From positions 7,068,001-7,132,000 of the forward strand of contig OZ249436.1 of NCBI GenBank assembly GCA_965235115.1: a DNA stretch of 64,000 bases. Direction: 5' to 3'. Both the position numbers and the translations under genes were made by a program. The notes under the pieces are model-generated. The model ran no database searches. It saw nothing but the letters and a program-made list of their open reading frames with translations, and had not been told where the DNA came from. Positions 1-14,225 of this stretch are shown here, one piece after another. Origin of the DNA: Laetmonice hystrix. Lineage: Eukaryota. Position 1 is the first letter of the stretch, and every line of letters starts with the position of its first letter.

Positions 1-1219
1 CTCGTTCCGCTTTGTCATTCTACTACTTCACATCTCGGGATGACTAACGACACAAAACGTGTCCTAGGTCTTTCATTGGGCAGCAACCATCAAAGCCACC
101 ACAATCTCTCCCTGTAGTTATGGTTGTCTCTGTCTGTGCAGAAAGTGAATTAATCAAGTTTTCCTTTGGCCATGCGTTTTGTACTGACCAGCGCCCAATG
201 CCTTCATCTGTTTTGTCAGAAAGTCCCCCGGCATTCGCACAGACAATTCTGATTGAGTTCGACAAAAAGGGAGTTAATCAAAGTATCGTTCAAACGGAAC
301 GGTTTCTACTCGTAAATAGACTGATTCAGCAAGAGCGCTCTGCCCGACAGATTCTATCAATTGAACAATTACCATGTGGATGTTACTGTTTATAAATTTT
401 TCTAAATAATAATATCGAACCTTTCCTGTCCGATATTTTTTATGCGGAGAGAGGAACAATCGTAAAAAGACACTTCGTATATGTATTTAGATGATGAACC
501 ATGGATTTCGTCGAATGGGCCTCATATTGGTCCCCTATAATAACTATGTTTCCCTTTTGGAAATCTTAAATCACATGGCTATACACATGTACATACGATT
601 ATAAGATCGTCCATCTGATTGTTATATTAGGCTGCTACCACGGTACGCTAATATATGTCTAAATTAACTATCTATACTCATCGTGAGAGACAATCAAATC
701 GGCTCTGTCATCAAAACTCTTGCCTGGAGGCAAAGAAAACATTGCTTCCAATTCAAGTGTGATAAATTCCACCACTCACAAGTTGGAAACACAGTTCGCC
801 CCTCAGCACTGCAAGCATACCTGGAATCAATACTGATGAAATGATAACTGTTTATGTAATGAAATGAACCGGTATACCTTTTTATCCATCAAAGGTAATG
901 AAGTGATTAGATTGTTACAAAAACACGATTACCGCTGGCTTGGGCAATGGGTTAATGACTTCACTGTGTTTACATAGGCACACTTCAGCGCTGTGCTGCC
1001 ACTTGATAAAACAAGTCAGAAGTCCTCAAGACAATAGCTTTAACTTGCAAACTGCTGTAATTGTCACTCTGCTCAATTACTACTTGCACGGGCCTCCGAT
1101 AATAATATTAGCGGCAAATGTCTGATGTTTAAAGAGCAGGTTAGCTCCACGGAGGTGTTGCTAAGTAAACATTCACAGAGCAAGCAATGAAAGACAGGGT
1201 TGGCGTGTTGAACTGGTTT

Positions 1220-1720
1220 AGCGACATGGCCGGTGTCGGCGGGATCTGGCGGACAATGCCCGGAGAGTTGCGTTTCGAGCACCAGTGATGGCAGAGTCAA
1301 CAAAGGCGACTGTCGCACCTGGTTGAGGTCGTCGGGCGGAGATCGGGGGGTCGGGCGCGGCCGGCGGGGCGTGGTAGCTTCGGGATGGGTTGGTGAGATA
1401 ACGGACGAGTCACGTGGCGACGTGCCAGAGGTGTAAAAGACCGGTGGACCATGAACAACACACCTCACGTGCGACCACACCCCCACCCAGCCTGGCTCCT
1501 CCTCTGACCCTCAGTCGCCCCTCGGCACCTCGTTACGTGGACACGCAGCCGAGCAGACACTGATTCCTCGCGCTATCCCGCCTCGCTGCACGCACAATAC
1601 ACGCACAGAGCGTGTGCAGCCTGCCCTATCAGGGGCGGGGCTGGGAAAACAATGCTTGATGAGGGAACAATTAAAACAATTAAGACCCGCACCACAATAG
1701 GTCTCCTCACCTGAACTGGA
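1220..1720. promoter_or_regulatory. GC/CpG-rich island with paired TCACGTG E-boxes
   Basis: Locally high GC and CpG against an AT-rich background. CACGTG at 1411 and 1466; GGGGCGGGGC GC-box near 1632. Confidence 0.4.
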
Positions 1721-4700
1721 ACCCAGCGGAATAAAAAACGGTTTTATCTGGCACTAACGACTGCTTCCCTCGCCTCCAGGTGTCGGAATATGCCCACCAT
1801 CTATCTAGAAATCTACAGTTCTGCCGTCTGGGACAACTTTTCAGCGCTATATCATTAATATATCTAGCGAGGGTAGCACCTCTAGGGGGTACAGTGGACA
1901 AAGTCTGAGGCAGGCTTCAGCGCTGCAGGAAGGCTCGAAAAAAACCTGCTAGAAAATAGTCATCAATCATAACTAAAATGTAATATTTCAAATCATTAGG
2001 CGATGACCAAGAAAGCTTGTCAGAATTCTTGTAAATTATTCGGCAAATCCAACTCAGTATGTAAATTCTCATGCCATTTAAAATAACCTAGCTGTAAAAT
2101 TATGATTCAGGCCTGCGCCCAGAACAAGGTGTGCATGCAGATGTAATGGATTTACTTGATAGATGAACCCTGCGACCTCCGAGACCCACACAGACAATGT
2201 GTGAATTCTGTATCGATGACACCCAAACATCCACCATATTTCACCAGGCTAAGATAACTATCAACACAACATGGTTTGAAGAGATTAACACTAATGTGAA
2301 TTAAACATACAAAAAATCAGAATTAGTCAGTATTTCTCATTTTTCAACACCACGTCTGGCATTGATTACAACGAAAACAAAGTAACAAATTTGGCCATTC
2401 TCCAATATATCTTCATTTTGAGTCAGGTAGTAGATTCGCTTTTTTATGGAACAGTTGTAAAAGTATGATTTTCATCTTATATAAGTTATAACCTAACCCG
2501 CTGTTTAAAAGATTCTTATATTGCCTGCTCTCGACGAATGTAATACAATCATGTACTACATGTATTACTAATATACTGATGTATTTCAATATCTACTGAA
2601 AATGGCCCAATCACCTGAAAAAAATGTTTGTTATGGAAAAGGTTCCTAATATATTTTAAAATTATTTCTGTCGGTGTGTTTTGGAAAGAAAAAGCACTAT
2701 AGGTACAATGCAGATATTGCACTTTGTGTCATACAATATATCTTACACTGTTTCATAGTAATAATCACACAATTTTTAAAGTTAATATTAGAGATAGAAT
2801 TCATGTAGAAAACTTTCCTTTATTACACAACTTTGACACGAGTTTTTCAATTCAACCACGTTAATAAGATTAACCTGAAAATGACCTAGTGTCGGTCTCA
2901 GATAATCTTCCATCAGCACGCAAGTCCATCTGGTGGAGGTGAAGGAGAAAAAAACAAAGCCTTTACGATATTATGACTTAAGTGAGTACCATGGGGTGAA
3001 TTCCAGGCCCTGGGCCGCTCACTGGTTGATGCATCAGGGAGCTGACAAAATTACACTAATTTACACCTAATGGGGAGATGGTCCATTACATGAGGCGACC
3101 AGGCTGAGACAATGTGTGATAATGTCACAAATTACATTAAAGTGAACCTGAACGTTGTGACTCCCTGTCCTCAACACGGAGGTGACGGACCTGGCTACAG
3201 TCTAATTGAAATAACAGATTAGTATCCAAGGATAGTCTCCTGTTCTTTATATTACTGACTCTCCCTGAGGAACAAAGACAATAGAACAACCACTCTGACA
3301 ACAGTCTGCCCATGGAAAGGAGCATAGGGTGAAACAAGGGTGTTGGATTAAAAACATTTCTGCTGAGAATTAAATCAGTGAGGTTTTCATTCAAATTAAT
3401 AACTCACAATACTTCAATTTCCTTTTAAGCTTATAAGCATCAATGTGACACGATTAGAGTACAGCCGTGGAAGAAAAACTCCCCATTAAATTAGCCAGTA
3501 TCTAAGTGGCTTCAATATGATCGCGATAAAAAATAACATGAAGGGAGCCAATGTTATAATAATAACTCGTATATACAAGAACATCTGAGTCTATGACATA
3601 TTTTATCTTTATCTCATGTTATAGTAAAATATTAAATGTCCTTGGACTGGACAAGAGAAGAGCGTGTATTAATATGAATCTGCCGCCAGCCTCAGTACCT
3701 TGTATTGATTGTGTGTCCATTTATGTGTCTGTCTGGCCAGGCGAGCGTGAGTCTGGCAGCTGATATCATCTTCCTGACCGTTCGAGGACCGACACCTTTA
3801 ATGTCCCCCCCCCGCCCCACTCCGGGGACTTCAACCACTGCTGGCAATCCTCAGATCCATGTACCCCTCAGATAATAACAAGCCCTCGTCAGCTGACTGG
3901 AATGTTCACCCCCCACTCACAGACACAAACTACCAGCAGTGTCTCTCTCACCAGTCTCAGTATTGACGACTCGGGAGTGTCTCCAGTCAGGATTAAGGCA
4001 TGAACAGAACTGTCACGGTCGAAGTGGTTTAGTCTTCTCCACCGCTCAACCCAGCCGTTAACGGTGATCAGGATCAGTTTCGGGCCAATCGGTAGCCAAC
4101 AGTGCAGGGCATTTTGAGGGGTCACTCAGTTGGCCATGCTGGTGCCAAGGTTGTTCAACGCTATAAGGGAACCCCTTAATATACCTGACAATCTAAATCA
4201 TATCCACTCAAGCAAAAAGGCCTGAGCCTTTCAGATTTTACATGAGATTTCTCTGGTTCATGCACTAGACAGCCTAGATAGGTGTTCATGGGTTCACATT
4301 TTTTTTGCAATAAAATTATCAATATCCTTAAACCGTTTACATTTTCAACCGTCTTTAAGTCAGGACAATTTATGCACGCACGTAGGAACTAATCAATAGA
4401 ACATTTTACAAATTCACACAAGTTGTGTTTCACAGAGCTAACAAATGAAGTTACTGAAAAGGTTGGCGGGATTAAAATTAAAACTTTATTCTCTGTCTGG
4501 ATGGAGTGTGGGTGATTTCAGAGGAAGCAATCATCCCCTGAGGTAAAAAGCATTGTTCATGGGATAATACATGCGATTATCTGGCGATTCTCCTTCCGCC
4601 GTCAAGCAAGACTCAATAACCTGAACAAAAATCTCCCTGGCACGTTTTCCTTTTTCATTTCAAAGTCCGTACCTCATTTATAGCTCAAAAGAAAGAGCTG

Positions 4701-5702
4701 TCACTGACTGTCACAAAACCATAATGGTGTAAATATATATGTACACTGTGTCTATTTGATTAAAAAGCATCAGCATACTTAAGATATTTGAAGGAGCCAG
4801 AACGGAAGATCCACTGTCTGGTGCTAGACAGTCACACACAAAAATCTCCTCAAGCATTATCTCCTTGCCGTGAGATTGGCTTTCCCTATTAACGGCACAA
4901 ATACGAAACAATAATCAAATTATTGAGATGGTCTGATCATTCTTGACCTGGTTTCCCCGGTGTGTACCTGGCTGAGAGTCTGGTAGAGAGGACCACAAGT
5001 ACCGTCATGAAGCCAAGGTCAGGGAGGCTGTTGACTCATCTTATCTCTCTGTAATCCTGTAATCCTCTTACAAACCACAACTGTAGCGGCCACCCAGCTC
5101 GGCAGGCTTCTATCCCTGGACCGATTCATGACCTGCAAGCTTGCCTTGCTTCCCGCCGCCCCTCACAGCTTACAGTGGCATGGTTCACTACTCTCACACT
5201 GCTACCATTGAGTCATACTGCCAGTCTCCATGCACCTGACTCAGGCTAATCAAACTCATCACTAGCCATAATCGTGGCACAGTCCTGATCGGGTCGTTGT
5301 CTGCCCTAAAATCCCGAGTCTAGGAACTACTTACTGCACACGTCTTTGAGGACAAAAAGTTTAGAACGAAAAAAATGGTTTTATTGTGATGAGAGCCTTG
5401 ATTAATTCGCCGATAGATCCGCCATGGTTCCCGGCATTTTAAGTTTATAACCTCGTCATATCTAAATTACAGTAAATTACGTGTTTAAAACAAAGCGAAG
5501 ATGGTGTTCACTCAGCACGACAATTTCAATATTAACTTCTTTCTTCCAAAACCACAAAAGAAACACATATTTCTTTCAAACGTAATAAAATGCGTGAATA
5601 AGACGTCGACTTTACATCTATGTGAGAACTATTAGTCACATTCCGGCAAGTAGACCGAGAGTCATCCAAAGAACCTCGGATTCACGTGTAAGTAGTGCAT
5701 AC

Positions 5703-5757
5703 AAATGGTGGTTTAGAAGCGAGTGGTCAAACAAAAAATGGTGGTTTAGAAGCGAGT
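5703..5757. repeat. 22-bp exact direct repeat
   Basis: aaatggtggtttagaagcgagt at 5703-5724 and 5736-5757. Confidence 0.9.
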
Positions 5758-6211
5758 AAACGTTATGTCTGACATGTAGACGAGCTCAATCCTTACCTAA
5801 ACTGCACTGAAATTTACTAGATTAGGCCAAACACCTCCACGGGTGTAAAATGTTATGATATCAATATTTCTGCATAAATATTCGCCGCGATACCATAATG
5901 ATGGCATGCAGTGCATTTATCACTTCAGCTCAGCCTTCTACACCCAGAGAGTCTAATGGCATGACCCAATCTGACACCTTCAGTTTTCCCGTTTGCCTTC
6001 CTCCATTCGCCATGCGTGACAGGTTTCATGTGACCAGGTGACACATCAAAGGTAGGTGCGAGTAGGACGCTACAGTAGCCACTCTGACAACACTTGACCC
6101 TGCACGCTTGCCCCGTTCTTTTCCCGCCAAACAGCTGCCGAACGTTAAAGGCAGATCGATGGCAGTACTGGCTGGGTAAAACAAAAGAGCAGGTAGCTCA
6201 AAATGACTCAC

Positions 6212-6270
6212 CTGGTGTTGAAATTTGTCGACGGGAGGGTGGGGATGGAGGGGTGCTCCCCGTTAAGTGC
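6212..6270 (-). CDS. Candidate 59-nt internal exon, product unknown
   Basis: Minus-strand acceptor ctctgtcgtttatttcag|G and donor CCAG|GTGAGT. Open in two frames (HLTGSTPPSPPSRRQISTP or ALNGEHPSIPTLPSTNFNT). No recognised homology. Confidence 0.25.
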
Positions 6271-8295
6271 CTGAAATAAACGACAGAGCTACATGAAAGG
6301 TTTGTGGTCATGCCCTCAATGAATCATGGATGAGGTCCTTAAAGATGCTCTTTATTAAGACTGTCATGTTATTTTTATGAATACCATCAGGGACACAAAC
6401 AAGCCTCACACATTACAAACCGCCATTAAAGGGACCAGAACACATTAAAGATGATTTGTGTTTCCATTTATATTGCTCTAACCATCACAAAAACTATGGG
6501 ATGGAACATTAAAAACAGTCGAATAGATTTTATTGCCATTTTCTCCTTTTTCAACTATAGATGATCCTACCTCACGATGCAAAAATACCACCTATCAAAA
6601 ACCCAACATAAATAACTTACACTTGTATATATCCCACTTTAAAACCAGTTTCTGACGATAAAGAAAGTCAGTAGAACACAGGTGTAAACATGAAGCTTAA
6701 GTTACCGATCAAACTAATCTCCTATTCCACGTATGTGGCTAAAGCTTAAAAAGGACAACAGAAGAGTTCCAATACTACTAAAGATTACGTTCCCAAATGT
6801 AGGACGATCCAGACTAAGCGGCCATTAGTTCCATGTTTAAAATGTGGTCGGCCTCCTTACGACACGGCCTGCGGGACGGTCAGGGTCGTGTACCCAGACT
6901 GGCAGAGATACGTGCCGTCACCAGGTCCAGTCACCAGTCAGTGCCTGGAAGCGGTGTTCACCTCAGCCCAGCGGTTCATTCAAACGACAAACGTCGACCT
7001 CCATCGCATGTCAAACCGATCCTCCCAGCGGAAAACGTCGACAATGACGACGGTTGTGGAAGAGCACACATCCTGATCGACGCCAACTATTCCATTTGAA
7101 AATCACGTCAAAATCACTGCTTCTATTTATTGGTTCTACTTATGGAAATTTGCCTTTGGAATTGTGTTTTTATGCATTGTAATGATGAATAAAGAATGGC
7201 ATATTATTCGTGACTTTGTAACTTTGTTATAACGTTAAAATTACCCTAAAATAATCATTACTCATCACTTTCGCAAACGCAATGGTATCAGGTCCGTACC
7301 TGCCACCTTAAACTCAAAAATGTTTAAAATGGTTAAGACCTAACAAAGTTCCGTTAGTTTGCCTGTCACTCCTCAGCATAAGAGGGATAATAAATGGGAT
7401 TTATTTTAGGGAAACAGAAATTTAGGGAATAGTTTTGACTATGCTATACTATACAGTATCACTATGTTTTAACATTACAATTCTTGTAGTATACGTGGAA
7501 ATATTTAAAAAAAACCTTTGCTTTGGTGACGTTGCACTGTTCTGGACTTTCATACGATCTCGATTACATTTAACCATTTGAACCCCCAGTCGGGTGTTAG
7601 ATGTACCCGGTAACTTCATGTGATGAGTCATGGAGGGGTGCACTCACACCCTCCAGCAAAGACACCAGTATCCTACCAAGGTAACTTGCAAATTGGATGG
7701 CGCACATTCCGCTTGAAAGACCACAACTATGACAAAGCCTTGTAATTATTCAAAGCATTGAGTACCTTCAACATTCAACAAAAGTTAATTGCATTTATTG
7801 AGCGACATGCTGCAAGGACTACAAGTCATGCAAAACAGGCCAGAACATGAAAGTGTTGTGAAAACTGTATGAAACAATGCCAAAGTACTTGAGCTTCGGC
7901 CAACGATGAACGTAGTTGGAATCCTCCCTCCAACGAGATGTGTTTTCGCCATGACAAATCCGGCAACAATAGTGATAATACCGTCATGATCAAAGTATTC
8001 AGTCGCGTTTGAATCCCACGGAACTCTTGCTTCGATGAAAGGACGTGTAATACATTACGAAAACGATTGACTTGAACCCGTGACCCCAGAGATACGACCC
8101 ATGATTGGTAGGTGGGTCCGTGAGGCATCCACTCCGTGTAACCCACAATGATTTGGGGCAGGCCTGGGTCACAGCTATTCATCCGTGATCACAATTGTCA
8201 TAACTACAATCAAATGTTGCTATTTAATGTAATCTTTATCAACTAACAAGTTCATGATTTACAATAGTGGACTTTGGACTGGATTACTTACTTAC

Positions 8296-8398
8296 CACAT
8301 GATTACTCGTCCGAATACGCCCCTAAACTGGTTGAATCTCCTTAATCTATACTTCGATATCTCCAGATAATTTGTATGGATATAGGACCGTTTCAAGT
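8296..8398 (-). CDS. Candidate 103-nt internal exon, product unknown
   Basis: Acceptor ctccttcatgttttctttatatcag| and donor GTG|GTAAGT. One open frame, LKRSYIHTNYLEISKYRLRRFNQFRGVFGRVIM, phase-compatible with 6270-6212. Confidence 0.2.
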
Positions 8399-9383
8399 CT
8401 GATATAAAGAAAACATGAAGGAGTTTAAAGGCATCCGATGAAGCAAACTTCTTTTTTGCAGATTTATTCAAGATACATTTTTTAAAAGACTTTCTTTCTT
8501 TTTAATATTGTTTAATTTTCGTACGACGCTCGTGGCGGGAACCTTTATTGCTGTCAATGTAGGGTTAAGAAGTGAACAAGCACTGTCATCACATTACCTC
8601 TGATATTGTTTTTCTCCTTTCATATCCAATGACGAATGTAGAGGATCCTGCCCTTTCTAACGCCGTCCTAATAAAATGGGTTCCAGTGAGACTCATGTCG
8701 CTTGACACGAGCACCTAATTTAAGGTGTTAAGATCTTGGAAAAATGTATGCAGAAAATTGACCAAGGTGTCAACGAAAGACTTTTTCTACGTCGTTTGCC
8801 ATCTTCACGTCACAGAGATCAAGTAGAGGCGAGCAATACCCTCTTGACTCATCTTGACGAGTCTTTGATCTTGAGACAGATGGCGAGGTGCTACCACAAT
8901 CAAACGGATCCCCCACTTGGAAAAACCTGGGCAAACTTTGACCAAAATTTTTATGATTCATAATTACAACTTGCATTTGTACAGTAATTGACAGGAAGCT
9001 CCTGCACATTAGAAGAAAGTTCTTTGATTCAAAAATAATTACCCTATTTAATTATTCATCTAGCCAACGACCCAGGTTATGGACAAGTGAAATGGACGAG
9101 AGGGGAGGGCCGAGGTTTCTGTGATTGTTCGGACCAATTATTGCTGAGTCATGGCACACCCCACCAATTGGGTCCGACGTTCATTGTGTTTCCACAGTTA
9201 CCAACGTGCATGCACATCAGATTCCTGCTGTGTGTGAATTTCAATCAAGGAACACCAAAAGTTTGCTCCTGCAACGCACACCGATCTCTGCTACACGATT
9301 CCTTACACCAGAAAACTAGGCTGAAATATTTTGTCCATGTTATTATGGCATTTCTTTACCGTGATCTTCCATATTATACTAGT

Positions 9384-9517
9384 TCTTCCCCCCTCAATAC
9401 ATGCAGTACATCTTCCCCCTCAATACATTCAGTACTTCTTCTCCCTCAATACATTCAGTACATCTTCCCCCCCTCAATACATGCAGTACTTCTTCCCCCC
9501 TCAATACATTCAGTACT
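9384..9517. repeat. Minisatellite, ~26-27-bp unit x5
   Basis: Unit tcttcccccctcaataca(t/g)cagtac(a/t) with variable C-run. Contributes to ORFs 9087-9611 and 9331-9555. Confidence 0.95.
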
Positions 9518-11379
9518 TTGCTACGCAATTGTTTCGAAATATATCAATACTATAGTCTGCACCTATAATTTCGAAAATTATCAGGACACACGGTATTTCA
9601 ATTCTTTATAATCATTTCCTTCCAGTTCTGGAACAATTTTTGTTTGATTATGATTATGAGGATAGTGAAAAAAGATCTGTACGAGGAGGATGAAAAAAAA
9701 GTAAACCCCCTCAGGCAGCGTGGTTGTTTTCTAGGCAGACCATCAGTCAGAGACCAATCCACGTGTTCTGATCAAAACCTCGTGTCTGCTCAAATCAAAA
9801 ATACCCTCGAGCTTTCCGAAGATATTTTCACAAAATTATATACAAAACAGTATCATTTTTAATTTTAATGAAGAAAAGAAATCTCTAGTAACGGAAACGA
9901 CGCCGTGATACCTTTGTGATGAAAGCCGTAGAGTCTGCCAGCCCTGGCCTGATGGTGCTGCCCCATCTTTAATGATCTTAATAACTACACAGCACAACGC
10001 TTTACTCCGGCTGGTTGCTCCTTCACTTTAAAAGAGCATACGTGGGGTTTCTCTAATCAATAATTAATATCCTTCAATTATCACAGTCTCTAACAGGCCC
10101 ACACGGTCCAGTCTAATTAAAAATACTCCCCAACCCATAATAACGACTCTGAAATCACCGGCCACACCGACAGCTCTGATAGAGCAAGCGTGAGGAACAA
10201 AAGTGAAACTCTAATTCTACAAGTCCCGAACCCCGCTAAAAAAAATCCCAGTCACCTTCATTACTATAATGCATCTCAGAACTCAGTCCAAATTATTACA
10301 ATTTTTCACTTTTTTAGCTTCAAAGGTATTAGGGAGGAAGTCTTTGAAAAGACTGCGGGTGCTGGGTAGCCCCCTGAATTGTTGGATATGATGAGCAGAG
10401 GATGATAATCTCAATTCACTAATGAGAGACCTTTCGATCCGGCCCTGCACAGCGTGCTCCACCAATACTGAAGCAACATCTGCTTCGGCTACGACTCCTT
10501 TGTGAGATGAACCTGTCATAAATCCAATCTAATGCAACAAAGATAGCTGCGGATCGACTGTCGGGGCACACTTGGCAGCCCTCGGAGAGGTGCCCAAGGT
10601 TGTGGAGATAAAGAAAATGACACAGAGCTTTCACCCCCAACATTACTATTCGTTCATCTAACAGCCTCTAATGGCCATCAAGTGTAGACCCAGCCACCCG
10701 GTGGAGTCCTGACAACCGTAAAAATCTTATCACTTACAAGACCTCGCTCAACACATCCTGATTACAATGACAAACACCCTCAAGGTCGCTCTTCTAATTT
10801 GTCCTGAGCTGTAACTTCAGCCTATTAAACATGGTTGTTATTTCTTGGCTGCCCCATTTTGTTCAATGATTTGGTAAACGAAGATACTGTGCGTGGGTAG
10901 TTTAGGATTCATCACAAGATCAAACCATAACGTAAATTCTTGTATGTATCTGAATTACTTTGTGTGGATATTCCAGCCGGTAATTGTGCTCTCAACACCT
11001 ACAATCGTTACACAACTCAAGGCGATCAAGTACAGGTTAATGTTGTTGTAAAAGACGTAAGGTATTTTGGTTACATGCATCATGAAAACTGCTGGACCAC
11101 TCGTGATCATTCATATTGCTGCGCTGCCACCAAACTGGCACAGTTGTCATCGAGCCCGTCTCCAGTTAAAACTCCTCAGTTGTCTGACGTTATTTTTGGT
11201 TCAGCTTCAAGCCGACACTTAGCCGCGCCAGCTCCAGTCAAACAATGCTTTGTGCCTCTGTCTCGGTATAATTACCCTCCGCATTAATGTGCTGAACTCT
11301 CAATAGTTCACGACTACTGCCTTTCACGAATAAAAAACAATTGTCTCCTGACCAGTTTTCCATTAACAGGGCCAAGGTC

Positions 11380-11600
11380 CACGCGAGTCAGAACCCGGCA
11401 CCGGAAACGGGCCTCGGAAAGCATTCGGCGACTGGCACCTTGTGCCGAATGGAATCACTCGCCAACTCCATGCTGCCTTGACAACACTCGCCCGGCTCCC
11501 TCAGTGCGGGCCACGTGGTGCCAGCCAGTCTACGTCATCACGTCACGACAGCAGCGCTGCGTGACGCCTTCGTCCGCGCGCGGATTAGCTTCTAACAAAG
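11380..11600. promoter_or_regulatory. CpG-rich element with clustered CRE half-sites and an E-box
   Basis: TACGTCA 11531, CACGTCA 11539, TGACG 11562, CCACGTGG near 11512, inside a CpG-dense patch. Confidence 0.4.
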
Positions 11601-12165
11601 GCCAAGGTGCACAAGCATATGTTGCAATTTTTCTCATTAAGAAATGGTGAGTCATCAAAGCGGGGGTAAGAACACACTCTAAGCTTGCGGAAGGACACAC
11701 CGGTCTCTCCTTTCACCAGACCCTCTCATAATGCCAGACGAAAGCTTCTTTTGTTACTGCTCTCTCATACTAATAACGCATGTCAAAAGTGAAAGGCACC
11801 AAAAGCTTTTAATATTAAGGGCTACAACAAAAAGAAACAACTTTGCTTAAGATGTACTTAATGTATTTAAAGGAGAACTAATAATACATGAATAATCAGG
11901 AAGTTCATCTGTTTTCAAAAAGTGATTTTTTTAAACTCATCTGGAAAAATGAACAATTGTAACTTTATTGTAATATTTAGTTCTATTCTTTATAGTTCTC
12001 CGCATTTTAAGGATTTTCGACGGAGAAAAAGTTCTATTTTGGGAATGTAGTGATGAATAGAGTTATGGCATTTAATATCTGTATAGTTACGCATGTGACA
12101 TACCTGAGGAGACTGGTGTGTACCTGGACAAGTTGTAATGTGTCAATGACGCATAGCCTAGATCT

Positions 12166-12196
12166 CCCTCCCACCCCCACCCCACACCCCCACCCC
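12166..12196 (-). other. G-quadruplex-forming tract
   Basis: Minus strand reads GGGG T GGGGG TGT GGGG T GGGGG T GGG A GGG: six G-runs with 1-3 nt loops. Confidence 0.6.
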
Positions 12197-14144
12197 TTCC
12201 GTCTCGGATCAGTGCACCTGTACATCCACACACCTGAACTACATGAAGCAGATCTCTGACCTTGACACGCAAACGATGCCAATTACAGATGTTGTATTCT
12301 GTTGGCGAACTGGTGACACATTCAGTCTTGTTTTGTTGAAGGTGTATGCCCCCCTGCCCCCCACACCGGGACCAGACAATGGGCCGCCCCACTGTAAAAC
12401 AAAAGGCATCGTGGGAAGGCAAGCCCCTGGTTCCTCCTCACCTCCTGAATCACGAGGCCCATTCTCGTTGTCAACGGCAACCATAAAGGCACAATTTCTA
12501 TAAAAATGTTGCCATTGTGACGCGCCTGTTTATGCTGCAGTCGACAGCAGCGTGACGCTCTGCGAAAAACCCACACGAGACACGCACCCCTCACAGGTGT
12601 TGATTATGTCGTTATTCTCCTATAAGCGACAGATTATTTCATTTGGGGTGTCACACAGAAAATGACAGGGGGACTCAAAAAGAGGTTTCCCCTCCCCACC
12701 CCGAGTTCTTTGTGCGCAACACGAATATAACGAACCTGGATCGCCTCTGCCCTGAAGCTATGCGCTCATCATCCGACAAAATCCAACAATGAAATTCACA
12801 GAGGTGTCAGGTTTCAGCTAATCTCTTTTGTTTTACATGCACAAAAAAAATTAAGACCATCCTGACTGAATCATACCATATGGTTCCTCGTGCCTTAATC
12901 CATTTGGTGCATTACAAAGTAACACAAAGTTCACAACATAGTTACACCTCTACACCTCAACATGTCTCCTACCATGCATTATGTGAACTCATGGAAAAAT
13001 AATCTATAGTAGGTCCAAAGCGTCCAGTGCGTATTTGTGACACTTTTCTCTGAATATTGGATTACCAAAAGCCATCAAAAGTTTCTTGCTAACTACTATC
13101 ATATAACAAATCGCAGCCGGTGTTGCAGGAATAGGTGTAATTTGTGCAATTGGTAAATTTTCAACCCTGGAAAGTATGAATGTTTTCTACTGTAGCGAAA
13201 CAACGGAGCCCTTCTCTGTGCTCTCGATCCATTAATAATATGGTCTATCAAAAAGATATCTTGGCCTAATCTGATATGGCACATTCATAATCGCTCAAAT
13301 ATACCATAAAACGTTTTGATATAGGTGTTTCCTATTCAGAATAGTTCCCCTTGTTACATTTGTTAAAAATTATATTACTGTTTTGCTGCGATTTAAACAG
13401 CCACATCTAAGAGATATTCCTTATACGGTACTCCTGAACTAACCCCTTGAGGAAGGATAAAATATAATGTCCGAGTCGGGCGATAGTCAGGAGATTAGCC
13501 TGTAACCTAGTATCCAAGCTGCTGTTAGGGTTTACCGAGTTACCCCCTTTACCTCGGCCATGGGTGGTCGCCCATCACCCTGTCCCCATGATGACACACA
13601 TACACCGCGGCAAAAGGCTTAATCTTGGAAGCAATGAAATTTGATATATGCTTCTTTTCCCACAAACAAGGCTTGGGTGCTATCAATTAAGGAAGGCGGC
13701 ACAAAAGAAGCTGACAGCAGAGGTTAAAGGTCCTAACCCTGTGTGACTGATAAAGTTGACGGTCAGCGACCAATCAGCGTGGACAGGCCCCTTATGGCGT
13801 CGAGAGAGAATTTTAATGTTCCTTAATTGGCGTGCCGTAATTATTCATGGCAGAGCATAAAGAGACAGGGCCGTCCCACTTGGACTTGGTTTGGGTGATC
13901 GTAGGTAAGGTTTGAACTGATAACACGATATAAACACCAACCTGGGGGCCTAGTGCTGATATGGTCGCTACGCCTTGTGCCGACGATCAGAGAGAGCAAC
14001 CACCACACAGGCCCCTTGTCACCCCTTGGTGTCACCGCTACCAAACTGATCACTTCAGTCTTGGGTTGACTTGACTCCTAATGACTAAATGCCACTTTAG
14101 GGGTCACTTTTGGAAATAAAGTTTATAACATTTCCGGAACTTAC

Positions 14145-14225
14145 CATACGATATCTGATCGAAAGAGCAAGGTAGCAAGTTTAGGTCCAACTCTTGTGGA
14201 CTATCTGTATCAGGAGCGGTGATTT
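14145..14225 (-). CDS. Weak candidate 81-nt exon
   Basis: Donor ATG|GTAAGT, modest acceptor gtcattctag|. Open frame ITAPDTDSPQELDLNLLPCSFDQISY, phase-compatible with 8398-8296. Confidence 0.12.

Noticed and set aside
44-265. IRIVCANAGGLSDKTDE...QTET resembling a LINE APE endonuclease N-terminus
   Set aside because: Spacing to the ET motif is about 8 aa too long, and no further APE motifs are visible before the window edge.
1707-1901. INDIALKSCPRRQNCRFLDRWW resembling the CR1/L2 ORF1 esterase
   Set aside because: The diagnostic DGLH motif that should follow is absent; similarity is at chance level without an HMM search.
8060-8150. Minus-strand A-box/B-box-like words (acggagtgg ... gggttcaagtc) suggesting a tRNA or SINE head
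   Set aside because: No cloverleaf can be folded, and the box matches are partial.
9087-9611. 174-aa ORF
   Set aside because: Its 3' half is the 26-27-bp minisatellite, and the rest has no recognisable domain.
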